Origin: Phyllobates terribilis
Taxonomy: Eukaryota
Direction of reading: 5' to 3'
NCBI RefSeq assembly: GCF_046119375.1
Contig: NW_027362761.1
Span: forward strand, 63,488,001 to 63,552,000
DNA: 64,000 nt
Positions 46,650 to 60,188 of the stretch are shown here, piece by piece. The position numbers were made by a program, and so were the translations under genes. The notes under the pieces were generated by a model. It was not told the origin of the DNA. It saw nothing but the letters and a program-made list of their open reading frames with translations, and did no database searches. Position 1 is the stretch's first letter. The number at the start of each line of letters is the position of its first letter.

Positions 46650-47798
46650 CAGGGTGGACCATTCATATGGATACACCTAAATTAAATGGGAATGGTTGAT
46701 ATCAACTTCCTGTTTGTGGCACATTATTATATGGGAGGGGGAAAACTTTTCCAGATGGGTGGTGACCATGGCGGCAATTTTGAAGGTGGCCATTTTGGAT
46801 CCAATTTTTTTTTTTTCAATGGGAAGAGGGTCATGTGACGCATCAAACTTATTGAGAATTTCATAAGAAAAACAATGGTGTGCTTGGTTTAACGTAACTT
46901 TATTCTTTCATGAGTTTTTTCCAAGTTTATGACCACTTATAAAATGTGTTCAAAGTGCTGCCCATTGTGTTGGATTGTCAATGCAACCCTCTTCTCCCAC
47001 TCTTGACACACTGATAGCAACACCGCAGAAGAAATGCTAGCACATGCTTCCAGTATCCGTTGTTTCAGATGCTGCATATCTCGTATCTTGATGGTATGGT
47101 GTGGTATATGGGGCCATTCTTCATCAATGGAAATCTCAATGCCACTGGATATCTGAAATTGCTACATGATGATGTGTTGCCCTCTTTATGCACTGAAGAT
47201 GGCACGTTCCCTAAGTTTTTCCAACAAGGTCCGAGCATTCCTACATGAATAGTTTCCTGGAAAGTTGATTGGTTGTCGTGGGCCAGTTGAATGGCCACCA
47301 AGGTCTCCTGATCTGACCCCCTTAGACTTTTATCTTTGGGGTCATCTGAAGGCAATTGTCTATGCTGTGAAGATACGACATGTGCAACATCTGAAACAAC
47401 GGATACTGGAAGCATGTGCTAGCATTTCTTCTGTGGTGTTCCCATCAATGTGTCAAAGGTGGGAGAAGAGGGTTGCATTGACAATCCAACACAATGGGCA
47501 GCACTTTGAACACATTTTATAAGTGGTCATAAACTTGTAAAAAACTCATGAAAGAATAAAGTTACGTTAAAACCAAGCACACCATTGTTTTTCTTATGAA
47601 GTTCTAAGTTTGATGTGTTTTCCCATTGAAAAAAATAAAGTTGGATCCAAAATGGCCAACTTCAAAATGGCCGCCATGGTCCCCACCCATCTGGAAAAGT
47701 TTTATCCCTCCCATATACTAATCTGCCACAAACAGGAAGTTGATATCACCAACCATTCCCATTTAATTTAGGTGTATCCATATAAATGGCCCACCCTG
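46650..47798 (+). mobile_element. Internally deleted mariner-like element (DD41D rosa/Visitor-like)
   Basis: TA TSD; ~430-bp TIRs starting CAGGGTGG; C-terminal WPPRSPDLTPLDFYLWG motif. D-D spacing not countable because of the deletion. Confidence 0.75.
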
Positions 47799-47919
47799 TA
47801 TACTGCAATGTGCAGCACCTACACAGCCAGTCTCAACATGACATGTAAAACAGAAAGTACTATAGCCATGAGTATGAGGTGAGGCAGAAGGAGTATTTTA
47901 AAAAATGGTATTGCTTACC

Positions 47920-49868
47920 CATGGTAGCGAGGGATCACTGAAGTGTTCAACTACTGGCCGAATTTTGTATAGACAATCAAAGTTGGGATTGTCTCAGTGA
48001 GGACACTACGCATTATCATTATAATGCAAACATTTTTGGATTGCTGCAAATTGTGTCCTTGTCATGGCCATACGGAATGTGTGCTGTAGAGAATATCAGT
48101 ACTCCAGTATTGCCGAATCTCTGGTTTTCTGACTATGTCCATATGCAGCACAATGCCCCAAAATGTCATCATCTCTGCTGCATTTACAGGGGTCCATCTG
48201 GCGTATGAGGACGTGGGATTTTGGGTGAAAAATTGATGGGCACACAAATTTGTCTGAGCCACGATAAGATTTATTATTTCCTTTCTGAAAAACAATTTGA
48301 TACTGCAGGCCTTACTGAAATTGACTTTTTCAAATTCAATTCCTTAGCGGCCAATGAAATCCAGAATAACAGGCTGATAATTTTTTTGGGGGGATTGTAT
48401 GGGTGCAGCCCATATAGGATCGATTGCTAGATTGAGAAGAGCAAGAGAAATAGAAGAATGTGGGATCTTCCTCACTGTCTGAATCTGTGTCGGAGGCAAG
48501 GAAAGTGTATGACTCCTCTGGTGAATAGCGTCTTCTTGATGAATGGGCCATTTTTATTTTATTTTTCAAATCACTGGGGATGTGTGTGTAAGTGGTGCTT
48601 TTACATGTTTATTGTGTGGGGCTTGTGTAAGGGGTACTATTTATTATCAAAAGTAGAGAGGAAAAAAACCTAGAGAAGAAAAAAAGGAAAAATTTAGAAA
48701 AAACACATAAAAGAAGAAAATTAAAAGAAAAATTAGATGTAGAAAAAGAAAAGTTTGTATAAAATAAATTACAGTGACATTCACTACACTAATGCCCTAT
48801 CTATAAATTTACCTGGTGCCAACTATTCTTTTTTTTTTGCAAAAGAAAACCGTACAACCGTATGTCACCAACACTGCAACGTACGCTCCCCTAATGCGCT
48901 AGTTAAGAAATTATCCAGCGATAATTTTTTTTTTATGCAAAAGAAATAAGGTACCTCTTGCTACCTATAAAATTACTCTGTAAGATTATTTTTTTCTCTG
49001 AAACAAAATCAAACACTGACATCCGCTACTCTAATGCGCTACCTTCACAGATCAGTCACACAGCAGCTAGCAGCACATAGCACAGGAGGCAGCAGACAGA
49101 TCGCAGCACAGGAGATCAGGGGAAAGGAGATCGCAGCACAACGGGATATCACAGGAGGCAGGAGATCACTGCACAGGGGATATAGGAACAAGAGGCACAG
49201 CGCTGCACTGAATCGCAGGGGGGTATCACACTAGCCACCAATGAATCTCTATCCCAGCTACACAGGGGGGATCTCACAAACGCTCTGCACGCCAACACTG
49301 CACAGGGGATATAGGAACAAGAGGCACAGCGCTGCACTGAATCGCAGGGGGGTATCACACTAGCCACCAATGAATCTCTATCCCAGCTACACAGGGGGGA
49401 TCTCACAAACGCTCTGCACGCCAACTCTGAGGTAAAGATGGCTTGCAGAGCAGTGATCGCTATTTTAGATTAACCCCTTTGGCGCTGAATGGTCAGAAAC
49501 TATTGATCAGCCAATCAGCGCCAAAGAGGTTAATCAGGAGAGGTGACATCGTGACCACCCCATTGGTGATTGGTGCTGTGTCAGACAGCACCGATCACAC
49601 CATGTCACTTTTTTTTTTCCAAACTTTATTGTCACATTGCTGTGATTGGCTGGTCAGAACTGACCAGCCAATTACAACGTTCGACGATGTGGGGGGGAGT
49701 GGGTGGTGGTAGAGACCCCTGGGGTGACGTGTAGGGATGGCCTGCTGTTAGAGACAGCAGCTATTTTAGCGCGGTGACCAGAAATACCAGCGTCGTAAAT
49801 ATACTGCGCTTTGAAGGAACACAGCTCCTGCAGCGCCGTGTATATATATGGCGCATGTCTGGAAGGGG
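47920..49868 (-). mobile_element. Truncated piggyBac (PGBD4-like) element
   Basis: TTAA-CCCCTTCC terminus at 49868-49872. Broken transposase fragments (IVAQTN, EMMTFWGIVLHM, RQYWS, DCLYKIRPVVEHF). 129-bp tandem duplication at 49169-49426. Confidence 0.8.
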
Positions 49869-49984
49869 TTAAATGGCAAAAATGCTAAAAGCCTTATGTC
49901 TTTCATGTATAATTCCTTGTTACTAAAAATCCTGGGAAACCCTATGGCTACAGTTAAATCTAGTTGGTGAGAGGCATACGGGAC

Positions 49985-51180
49985 ATATTACTTCAGGAGT
50001 GGGATGATATTTTATAGTCACCAGGGAAAATATTGATAAATACAGCTCAAAGCGGATCCCAAATATTTCTCATACACAGAGTACATAGAACTCCAAAAAG
50101 TACTATACAGGATGGGCCTCAGGACGGATGACTGTTGTCCATGTTGTAGGGAAGATGGTGTAGACTGGGTCCATATGTTCTGGTCCTGCTCCCATTTGGT
50201 TGGGTTGTGGGAGGATGTGGGTAGATTGATTTTTAGGTCTTTAAAATTCAAATATCTCTTAGCCCCAAAGTGTGTGTGTTGAGCTATGTGGTAGACATTG
50301 AGAATTCATTCCCACTACAACTGGCTATAGCTAAAATACTGTATCAAACCAGAAAGTCCATAGCTAAACACTGGTTGGCAAGAACTGCTCTATCAATGGA
50401 AGAGGTTGTGAGCTGCTTAAAGGCGTTGTCCGGTCAAAAGTGATAAGTCTGCACTCTGTGTGACTGCAGCCTTATGAATCCCCCCAGCGCAGGCACTGTG
50501 CTTTGTGGGGATTCGCCGGTATGAGACTCGGTAACCGAGGGTATGTATGTGTTATACATATCCCCGGGCAGAGGGCGTGGCCTCGCTCTCCATACACTTG
50601 TATTGAGGGAGGCCTCGCCTTCTAGTCGGACGTGCCCACTGGCCATCCACATCACTAGACAGGGGCGTTGCCTCGCTCCATACACATGGAAGCTGAATGG
50701 CCTCGGGTATGTATAACGTATACATAGCCTCTGGTCCCGGGTCTCATACCGGCGAATCCTCATAGTGCACATTGCCTGTACACAGAGTGACTGCAGACTT
50801 ATCAGTTTTGACAGGACAATCCCTTTAAATGAGACCATTCTGATGGAAAAAAGATGTACATCAAAAGGGGGGCCATTGCGATATTTGGTAAACAGTGGGG
50901 GGACTGGTTTAAAATGGCCAGCAGTAGTTGAGGAGGTACTTGCAAGAGATGTCATATTTAACTTACTTATCCTTTAATAGTGACCTACTATTTCAGATAT
51001 GAAACACCTTACTGTATGTGGGTTCAGATAGGTGTGAGGGAAGGTTGGGAGGGAATTGGGCATTGTATTCTTGTCATGAACAACGATGTATATAAAACTG
51101 TACTTAATTTCTTGTGATTTTATAAAATGATTATCTTTATCAACCGTTTTGTAAGTTGTAAAAATTTGCTCAATAAAAAT
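49985..51180 (+). pseudogene. L1 ORF2 C-terminus and 3' UTR remnant, interrupted by a MITE
   Basis: FLIHRVHRTP, CPCC...HMFWSC zinc-knuckle region, then AATAAA and an A-rich tail. Confidence 0.7.
50421..50824. mobile_element. T2/Kolobok-type MITE
   Basis: TTAA TSD; AGGCGTTGTCC / GGACAATCCCT; palindromic interior. Confidence 0.8.
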
Positions 51181-51237
51181 ATTTTCATTAAAAAAAATGC
51201 TTTGAAACTTTTTAACTATACTTTTATCAAGATACTA

Positions 51238-52874
<1,637 letters not shown>

Positions 52875-53159
52875 TATTACATTTATTTAAAAATAAATTT
52901 TCCAGCAGACATTACAAATAAAGCAAACTCTAAGGTTGTGTTATGACTAGTGTTGAGCGATACCTTCCGATATCAGGAAATATCGTATCGGATTGGATCG
53001 GGCCGATACCCAAAAAGTATCGGATATCGCCGATTCCGATACCGGAAACCAATGCAAGTCAATGGGACACAAATATCGGAATGAAAATAAACCCTTTCTT
53101 TCCTTGTAGGTTAATTCTACATGAAGGAAAACAACTAAGAATAATGTAGAATGACATGA

Positions 53160-53740
53160 AAAGCCGGCAATTCATCAGCGGCATACACCGGTACCCGACA
53201 ATTTACAACAGAAAGAATAGAGCTTCACACATAGATTAGATAGATAGAAACATGTCAGTCACATATATATGAAGTACAGTGACAGTGTTGCTTACTGTAC
53301 TTGTCATTTAGTGTAAAGGATTTATTAAAAAAAATATTAGTGTTTTCGTGCACCGTCTCTTTAAAAAAGCCGGCCGGCAATTCAGCATCTGTACCCGACA
53401 ATTTATAACAGACAGAATAGAGCTTCACACATAGATTAGATAGATAGAAACATGTCAGTCACATATATAAGAAGTACAGTGACAGTGTTGCTTACAGAAC
53501 TTGTCATTTAGTGTAAAGGATTTATTTAAAAAAATAATAGTGTTTTCATGCACCGTCTCTTTAAGAAAGCCGGCCGGCAATTCAGCAGTGGTACCCGACA
53601 ATTTAGAATAGAAGGAATAGAGAATCACACATAGATTAGATAGATAGAAACATGTCAGTCACATATATATGAAGTACAGTGACAGTGTTGGTTACTGTAC
53701 TTGTCATTTAGTGTTAAAATAAAGGATTTATTTAAAAAAA
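53160..53740. repeat. ~200-bp tandem triplication inside the hAT element
   Basis: GTACCCGACAATTT...ACATAGATTAGATAGATAG...GTCATTTAGTG recurs at ~53191, ~53392 and ~53591. Confidence 0.85.
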
Positions 53741-56700
53741 AATTGGCGTGGGGTTCCCCTTAATTTTAGGCTCTAGCGGAGGTTAAGCAGACAGCTGGGG
53801 CAAATGTTTGAAGCCTGGGAAGGGGGTAATACCCACGGAGCTTCCCAGGCTACTAATATCAGCCCCCAGCTGAATACCTAGCCTTTACTAGCTATTAAAA
53901 TGGGGGACCCCCCCAAAAAAATGACGTGGGGTCCCCCCTAATTTAATAGCTAGCAAAGGCTAGGCAGACAGCTGGGGGCTGATATTAATAGCCCAGGAAG
54001 GGAGCCATGAATATTGGCCCCCTCCCAGGCTAGAAACACCAGCCGTCAGCCGCCCCAGAAATGGCGCATCCATAGGATGCGCCAATTCTGGCACTTAGCC
54101 TCGCTCTTCCACGCTGCCCTGGTGCGGTGGCAGGGGGTAATAGGGTTGGGGTTGATGTCAGCTTATAATGCCAGCTGACATCAAGCCCAGGTTAGTAATG
54201 GAGAGGCGTCTATAAGACACCCCCATTACTAACCCCATAGTCAAAGTTAAAAGAAAACACAAACACCCAGAATAAAGTCCTTTAATTGAAATAAAGACAC
54301 AATTCTTTATTGTTCTAAATTAAACCATACTTACCATCACGCCCATTCCAGCTGAAGCCAACGATCTCCTGCAATAAAAGAAAAATAATAAAGCAACCTC
54401 ATCCTTACCTTTCGATGGTTCCCAGGACAGCTCCAGCTCTGCTACATCGAGATGACAGGCTGGACCGCAGCAGAAAGCTGCCATCCAGCCTGTCATCCCG
54501 CAGACACTGAGAAGGCAGGCATGCTTGCGCTCCTCAGTGTCTCTCTGTGACGTCATCCAGATGAGCCGAGTTCATGTCCAATGAACTCAGCTCACCTCAT
54601 GCACGTCACTGACAGCGTGGGAAAATTCTCCTGCACTCAGCGCTTCAGCGTGAGAATTCTCCCACGCTGTCAGTGACATACATGAGGTGAGGTCATGTCC
54701 AATGAACTCAGCTCACCTCATGCACGTCACTGACAGCGTGGGAAAATTCTCACGCTGAAGTGCTGAGTGCAGGAGAATTTTCCCACGCTGTCAGTGACGT
54801 ACATGAAGTGAGCGGAGTTCATTGGACATGACCTCGGCTCATCTGGATGCCGTCACAGCCAGACACTGAGGAGTGGAAGTATGCCTGCGCTTCTCAGTGT
54901 CTGCGGGATGACAGGATGGATGGCAGCGTTCTGCTGCGGTCCAGCCTGTCATCTCGATGTAGCAGAGCTGAAGCTGTCGTGGGAGCCATGGAAAGGTAAG
55001 GATGAGGTTGCTTTATTATTTTACTTTTATTGCAGGAGATCGTTGGCTTCAGCTGGAATGGGCGTGGTGGTAAGTATGGTTTAATTTAGAACAATAAAGA
55101 ATTGTGTGTTTATTTCAATTAAAGGACTTTTTTCTGGGTGTTGTGTTTTTTTAAATACTTTACTAGAAATTCATGGTGGTCATGTCTAATATTGGCGTGA
55201 CCCCATGAATTTTGGGCTTAGGGCCAGCTGATAATGCCAAGCTGGCCTTAACCCCTTTATTACCCAGTGAGCCACCGCACCAGGGCCCTGGATGAGTTGG
55301 GTACAGCGCCAGAAGATGGCGCTTCTATGAACGCGCCATTTTCTGGGGCGGCTGCGGACTGCAATTTGCAGCGGGGGTGGCCCAGAAAGCTTGGGTCTCC
55401 CTGCGCTGCGGATTCCAGCCCCCAGCTGCCTAGTTGTATCTGGCTGGGCACAAAAATAGGGCGAAGCCCCACGCATTTTTTTTTAAAATTATTTCATGAA
55501 ATTCATGGAATAATTAAGAAAAAAAGGGCTTCCCTATATTGTTGTGTCCAACCAGGTACAAATAGGCAGCTGGTGGTTGGGGGCAGCCCATTCCTGCCTG
55601 CTGTACCTGGCTGGACACAAATATAGTGCGAAGCCCCACGTCAATTTTTTTTTAATTATTTCATGAAATAATTTTTTTAAAAAAGGGCTTCCCTATATTG
55701 TTGTGTCCGGCCAGGTACAAATAGGCAGCTGGTGGTTGGGGGCAGCCTGTTCCTGCCTGCTGTACCTGGCTGGACACAAATATAGGGCGAAGCCCCACGT
55801 CAATTTTTTTTAAAATAAGTCCTTTATTTTAACACTAAATGACATTTGAGGAGTTAATAAAGATGCAGTCCCTAAATTATTATTTATTTTTTAATTAATT
55901 TTTCCCAAAACTTTTGACGTGGGCTTCGCCATATTTTTGTATGCCAGCCAGGTACAGCATCCAGCTTCTATGAACGCGCCATTTTCCGGGGTGGCTGCGC
56001 ACTGCAATTTTCAGCGGGGGGAGGGGGGGGGGCAGAAAGCTTGGGCCTCCCTGCGCTGCAGATTCCATCCCCCAGCTGCCTAGTTGTACCTGGCTGGACA
56101 CAAAAATAGGGAGAAGCTTCACGTATTTTTTTTTTTTAATTATTTCATGAAATTCATGAAATAATTAAGAAAAAAAGGGCTTCCCTATATTGTTGTGTCC
56201 AACCAGGTACAAATAGGCAGCTGGTGGTTGGGGGCAGCCCGTTCCTGCCTGCTGTACCTGGCTGGACACAAATATAGTGCGAAGCCCCACGTCAATTTTT
56301 TTTAAATCATTTCAGGAAATTCATGAAATAATTTAAAAAAATTGATGTGGGGCTTCGCCCTATATTTGTGTCCAGTCAGGTACAGCAGGCAGGAACGGGC
56401 TGCCCCCAACCACCAGCAGCCTATTTGTACCTAGCCGGACACAACAATATAGGGAAGCCCTTTTTTTCTGAATTATTCCATGAATTTCATGAATTTAAAA
56501 AAAAAAAAACGTGGAGCTTCGCCCTATTTTTGTGTCCAGCCAGGTACAACTAGGCAGCTGGGGGCTGGAATCTGCAGCGCAGGGAGGCCCAAGCTTTCTG
56601 GGCCCCACCCGCTGCAAATTGCAGTCCGCAGCCGCCCCGGAAAATGGCGCGTTCATAGAAGCGCCATCTTCTGGCGCTGTACCCAACTCATCCAGGGCCC

Positions 56701-59700
56701 TGATGCGGTGGCTCACTGGGTAATAAAGGGGTTAAGGCCAGCTTGGCATTATCAGCTGGCCCTAAGCCCGAAATTCATGGGGTCACGCCAATATTAGACA
56801 TGACCACCATGAATTTCTAGTAAAGTATTTAAAAAAAACACAAACACCCAGAAAAAAGTCCTTTAATTGAAATAAACACACAATTCTTTATTGTTCTAAA
56901 TTAAACCATACTTACCATCACGCCCATTCCAGCTGAAGCCAACGATCTCCTGCAATAAAAGAAAAATAATAAAGCAACCTCATCCTTACCTTTCCATGGC
57001 TCCCACGACGGCTCCAGCTCTGCTACATCGAGATGACAGGCTGGACCGCAGCAGAACGCTGCCATCCAGCCTGTCATCCCGCAGACACTGAGAAGCGCAG
57101 GCATACTTCCACTCCTCAGTGTCTGGCTGTGACGGCATCCAGATGAGCCGACAATGAACTCGGCTCACCTCATGTACGTCACTGACAGCGTGGGAGAATT
57201 CTCCTGCACTCAGCGCTTCAGCGTGAGAATTTTCCCACGCTGTCAGTGACGTGCATGAGGTGAGGTCATGTCCCATGAACTCGGCGCACCTCATGCACGT
57301 CACTGACAGCGTGGGAGAATTCTCACGCTGAAGCGCTGAGTGCAGGAGAATTTTCCCACGCTGTCAGTGACGTGCATGAGGTGAGCTGAGTTCATTGGAC
57401 ATGACCTCGGCTCATCTGGATGACGTCACAGAAAGACACTGAGGAGCGCAAGCATGCCTGCGCTTCTCAGTGTCCGCGGGATGACAGGCTGGATGGCAGC
57501 GTTCTGCTGCGGTCCAGCCTGTCATCTCGATGTAGCAGAGCTGAAGCTGTCCTGGGAACCATGGAAAGGTAAGGATGAGGTTGCTTTATTATTTTACTTT
57601 TATTGCAGGAGATCGTTGGCTTCAGCTGGAATGGGTGTGGCGGTAAGTATGGTTTAATTTAGAACAATAAAGAATTGTGTCTTTATTTCAATTAAAGGAC
57701 TTTTTTCTGGGTGTTTGTGTTTTTTTTAAATACTTTACTAGAAATTCATGGCGGTCATGTCTAATATTGGCGTGACCCCATGAATTTCGGGCTTAGGGCC
57801 AGCTGATAATGCCAAGCTGGCCTTAACCCCTTTATTACCCAGTGAGCCACCGCACCAGGGCCCTGGATGAGTTGGGTACAGCGCCAGAAGATGGCGCTTC
57901 TATGAACGCGCCATTTTCCGGGGCGGCTGCGGACTGCAATTTGCAGCGGGTGGGACCCAGAAAGCTTGGGTCTCCCTGCGCTGCAGATTCCAGCCCCCAG
58001 CTGCCTAGTTGTACCTGGCTGGACACAAAAATAGGGCGAAGCGCCACACATTTTTTTTTTTAATTATTTCATGAAATTCATGGAATAATTAAGAAAAAAA
58101 GGGCTTCCCTATATTGTTGTGTCCGGCTAGGTACAAATAGGCAGCTGGTGGTTGGGGGCAGCCCGTTCCTGCCTGCTGTACCTGGCTGGACACAATTATA
58201 GGGCGAAGCCCCACATAATTTTTTTTTAATTATTTCATGAATTTCCTGAAATAATTAAAAAAAAATTGACGTGGGGCTTCACACTATATTTGTGTCCAGC
58301 CAGGTACAGCAGGCAGGAACGGGCTGCCCCCAACCACCAGCTGCCTATTTGTACCTAGCCGGACACAACAATATAGGGAAGCCCTTTTTTTCTTAATTAT
58401 TCCATGAATTTCATGAAATAATTAAAAAAAAAAAACGTGGAGCTTCTCCCTATTTTTGTGTCCAGCCAGGTACAACTAGGCAGCTGGGGGATGGAATCTG
58501 CAGCGCAGGGAGGCCCAAGCTTTTTGCCCTCCCCCCCCCCGCTGAAAATTGCAGTCCGCGGCCGCCCCGGAAAATGGCGCGTTCATAGAAGCTGGATGCT
58601 GTACCTGGCTGGCATACAAAAATATGGCGAAGCCCACGTCAAAAGTTTTGGGAAAAATTTATTAAAAAATAAATAATAATTTAGGGACTGCATCTTTATT
58701 AAGTCCTCAAATGTCATTTAGTGTTAAAATAAAGGATTTATTTAAAAAAAAAATGGCGTGGGATCCCCCATAATTTTAGTCTCTAGCGGAGGTTAAGCAG
58801 ACGGCTGGGGCAGATGTTTGAAGCCTGGGAAGGGGGTAAAACCCACGGAGCTTCCCAGGCTACTAATATCAGCCCCCAGCTGAATACCTAGCCTTTACTA
58901 GCTATTAAAATGGGGGACCCCCCAAAAAAAAATGACGTGGGGTCCCCTCTATTTTAATAGCTAGCAAAGGCTAGGCAGACAGCTGGGGGCTGATATTAAT
59001 AGCTCAGGAAGGGTGCCATGAATATTGGCCCCCTCCCAGGCTAGAAACACCAGCCGTCAGCCGCCCCAGAAATGGCGCATCCATAGGATGCGCCAATTCT
59101 GGCACTTAGCCTCGCTCTTCCACGCTGCCCTGGTGCGGTGGCAGGGGGTAATAGTGGTGGGGTTCATGTCAGCGCCAGCTGCCATGAAGCCCAGGTTAGT
59201 AATGATGGCCGTCTATATGACACCCCCATTACTAACCTACAAAGTGTTAAAAAGAAAAAACACACTACACCCAGAAAAAAATAATTTATTTGAAATAAAA
59301 CACCATTTTATTTAATTCTTAGTTTACTAAAAAAAAATAGTTACCTGTCCACGTTCCTGCGCTGATCTCCCATGCACAGCTGTCACATCTGGAGATGGTG
59401 ACAGCTGTGCATGGCTGCTGTAAGCTCACGCTGCCGGGAACACGTCCGCTCCCGGCAGCGGGAGCCACTGACTGAGGTCACCGGAGTGCATTCAGGCAGC
59501 GCAGCTCCGGAGACCTCCTTTACGGCAGTGCTGTACCGTGGGAATTTCTCACGATACAGCAGTGCCGTAAAGGAGCTAACCGGAGCAGCGCTGCCTGAAC
59601 TCCGGTGAACCCTTACGGCCCCGTCATTCTAGCGGCGGCAGCGGTTCAGAGCGGTCACATTCTATGTGGCTGCTCTGAACTGGAGATCTTCGTGGGACAC

Positions 59701-60054
59701 TCGTGGACTACTACGGAGGGGTAAGGATAAGGTTGTGGTTTATTATTTTATATTTTATTACAGGAGATCGATGGCTTCGGGGAATTAGGTGTCTAGGTGA
59801 GTATAGGTGTAGTTTTTTATTTTTTACTTTATTTTAGGTGGCGATCGGCGGGGACAGGTAATGTATGAACTAATTTCTTTTAGGTAACCACTGGCCACCA
59901 ATGACATGTATTTAACATTTATTGGGGCACAGTAGGGCAATTTATATAGCAGGATCAGGCTGATGGGAACTACTGCTCCCATCGAGCTGATCCTGCTGGC
60001 AGGAGTGGACGGGGGACAGACATAGGCCGATGGGAGTAGTAGTGTCACATCGGC

Positions 60055-60188
60055 NNNNNNNNNNNNNNNNNNNNNNNNNNNNNNNNNNNNNNNNNNNNNN
60101 NNNNNNNNNNNNNNNNNNNNNNNNNNNNNNNNNNNNNNNNNNNNNNNNNNNNNNNNNNNNNNNNNNNNNNNNNNNNNNNNNNNNNNNN
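60055..60188. other. Assembly gap (134 N)
   Basis: Run of N. Confidence 1.

Noticed and set aside
54320-58676. Recurrent short ORFs (MPALLSVCG..., MGLRPIFV..., MSHRTRAL...)
   Set aside because: They recur only because the DNA modules are duplicated; starts and lengths are inconsistent and there are no recognisable motifs.
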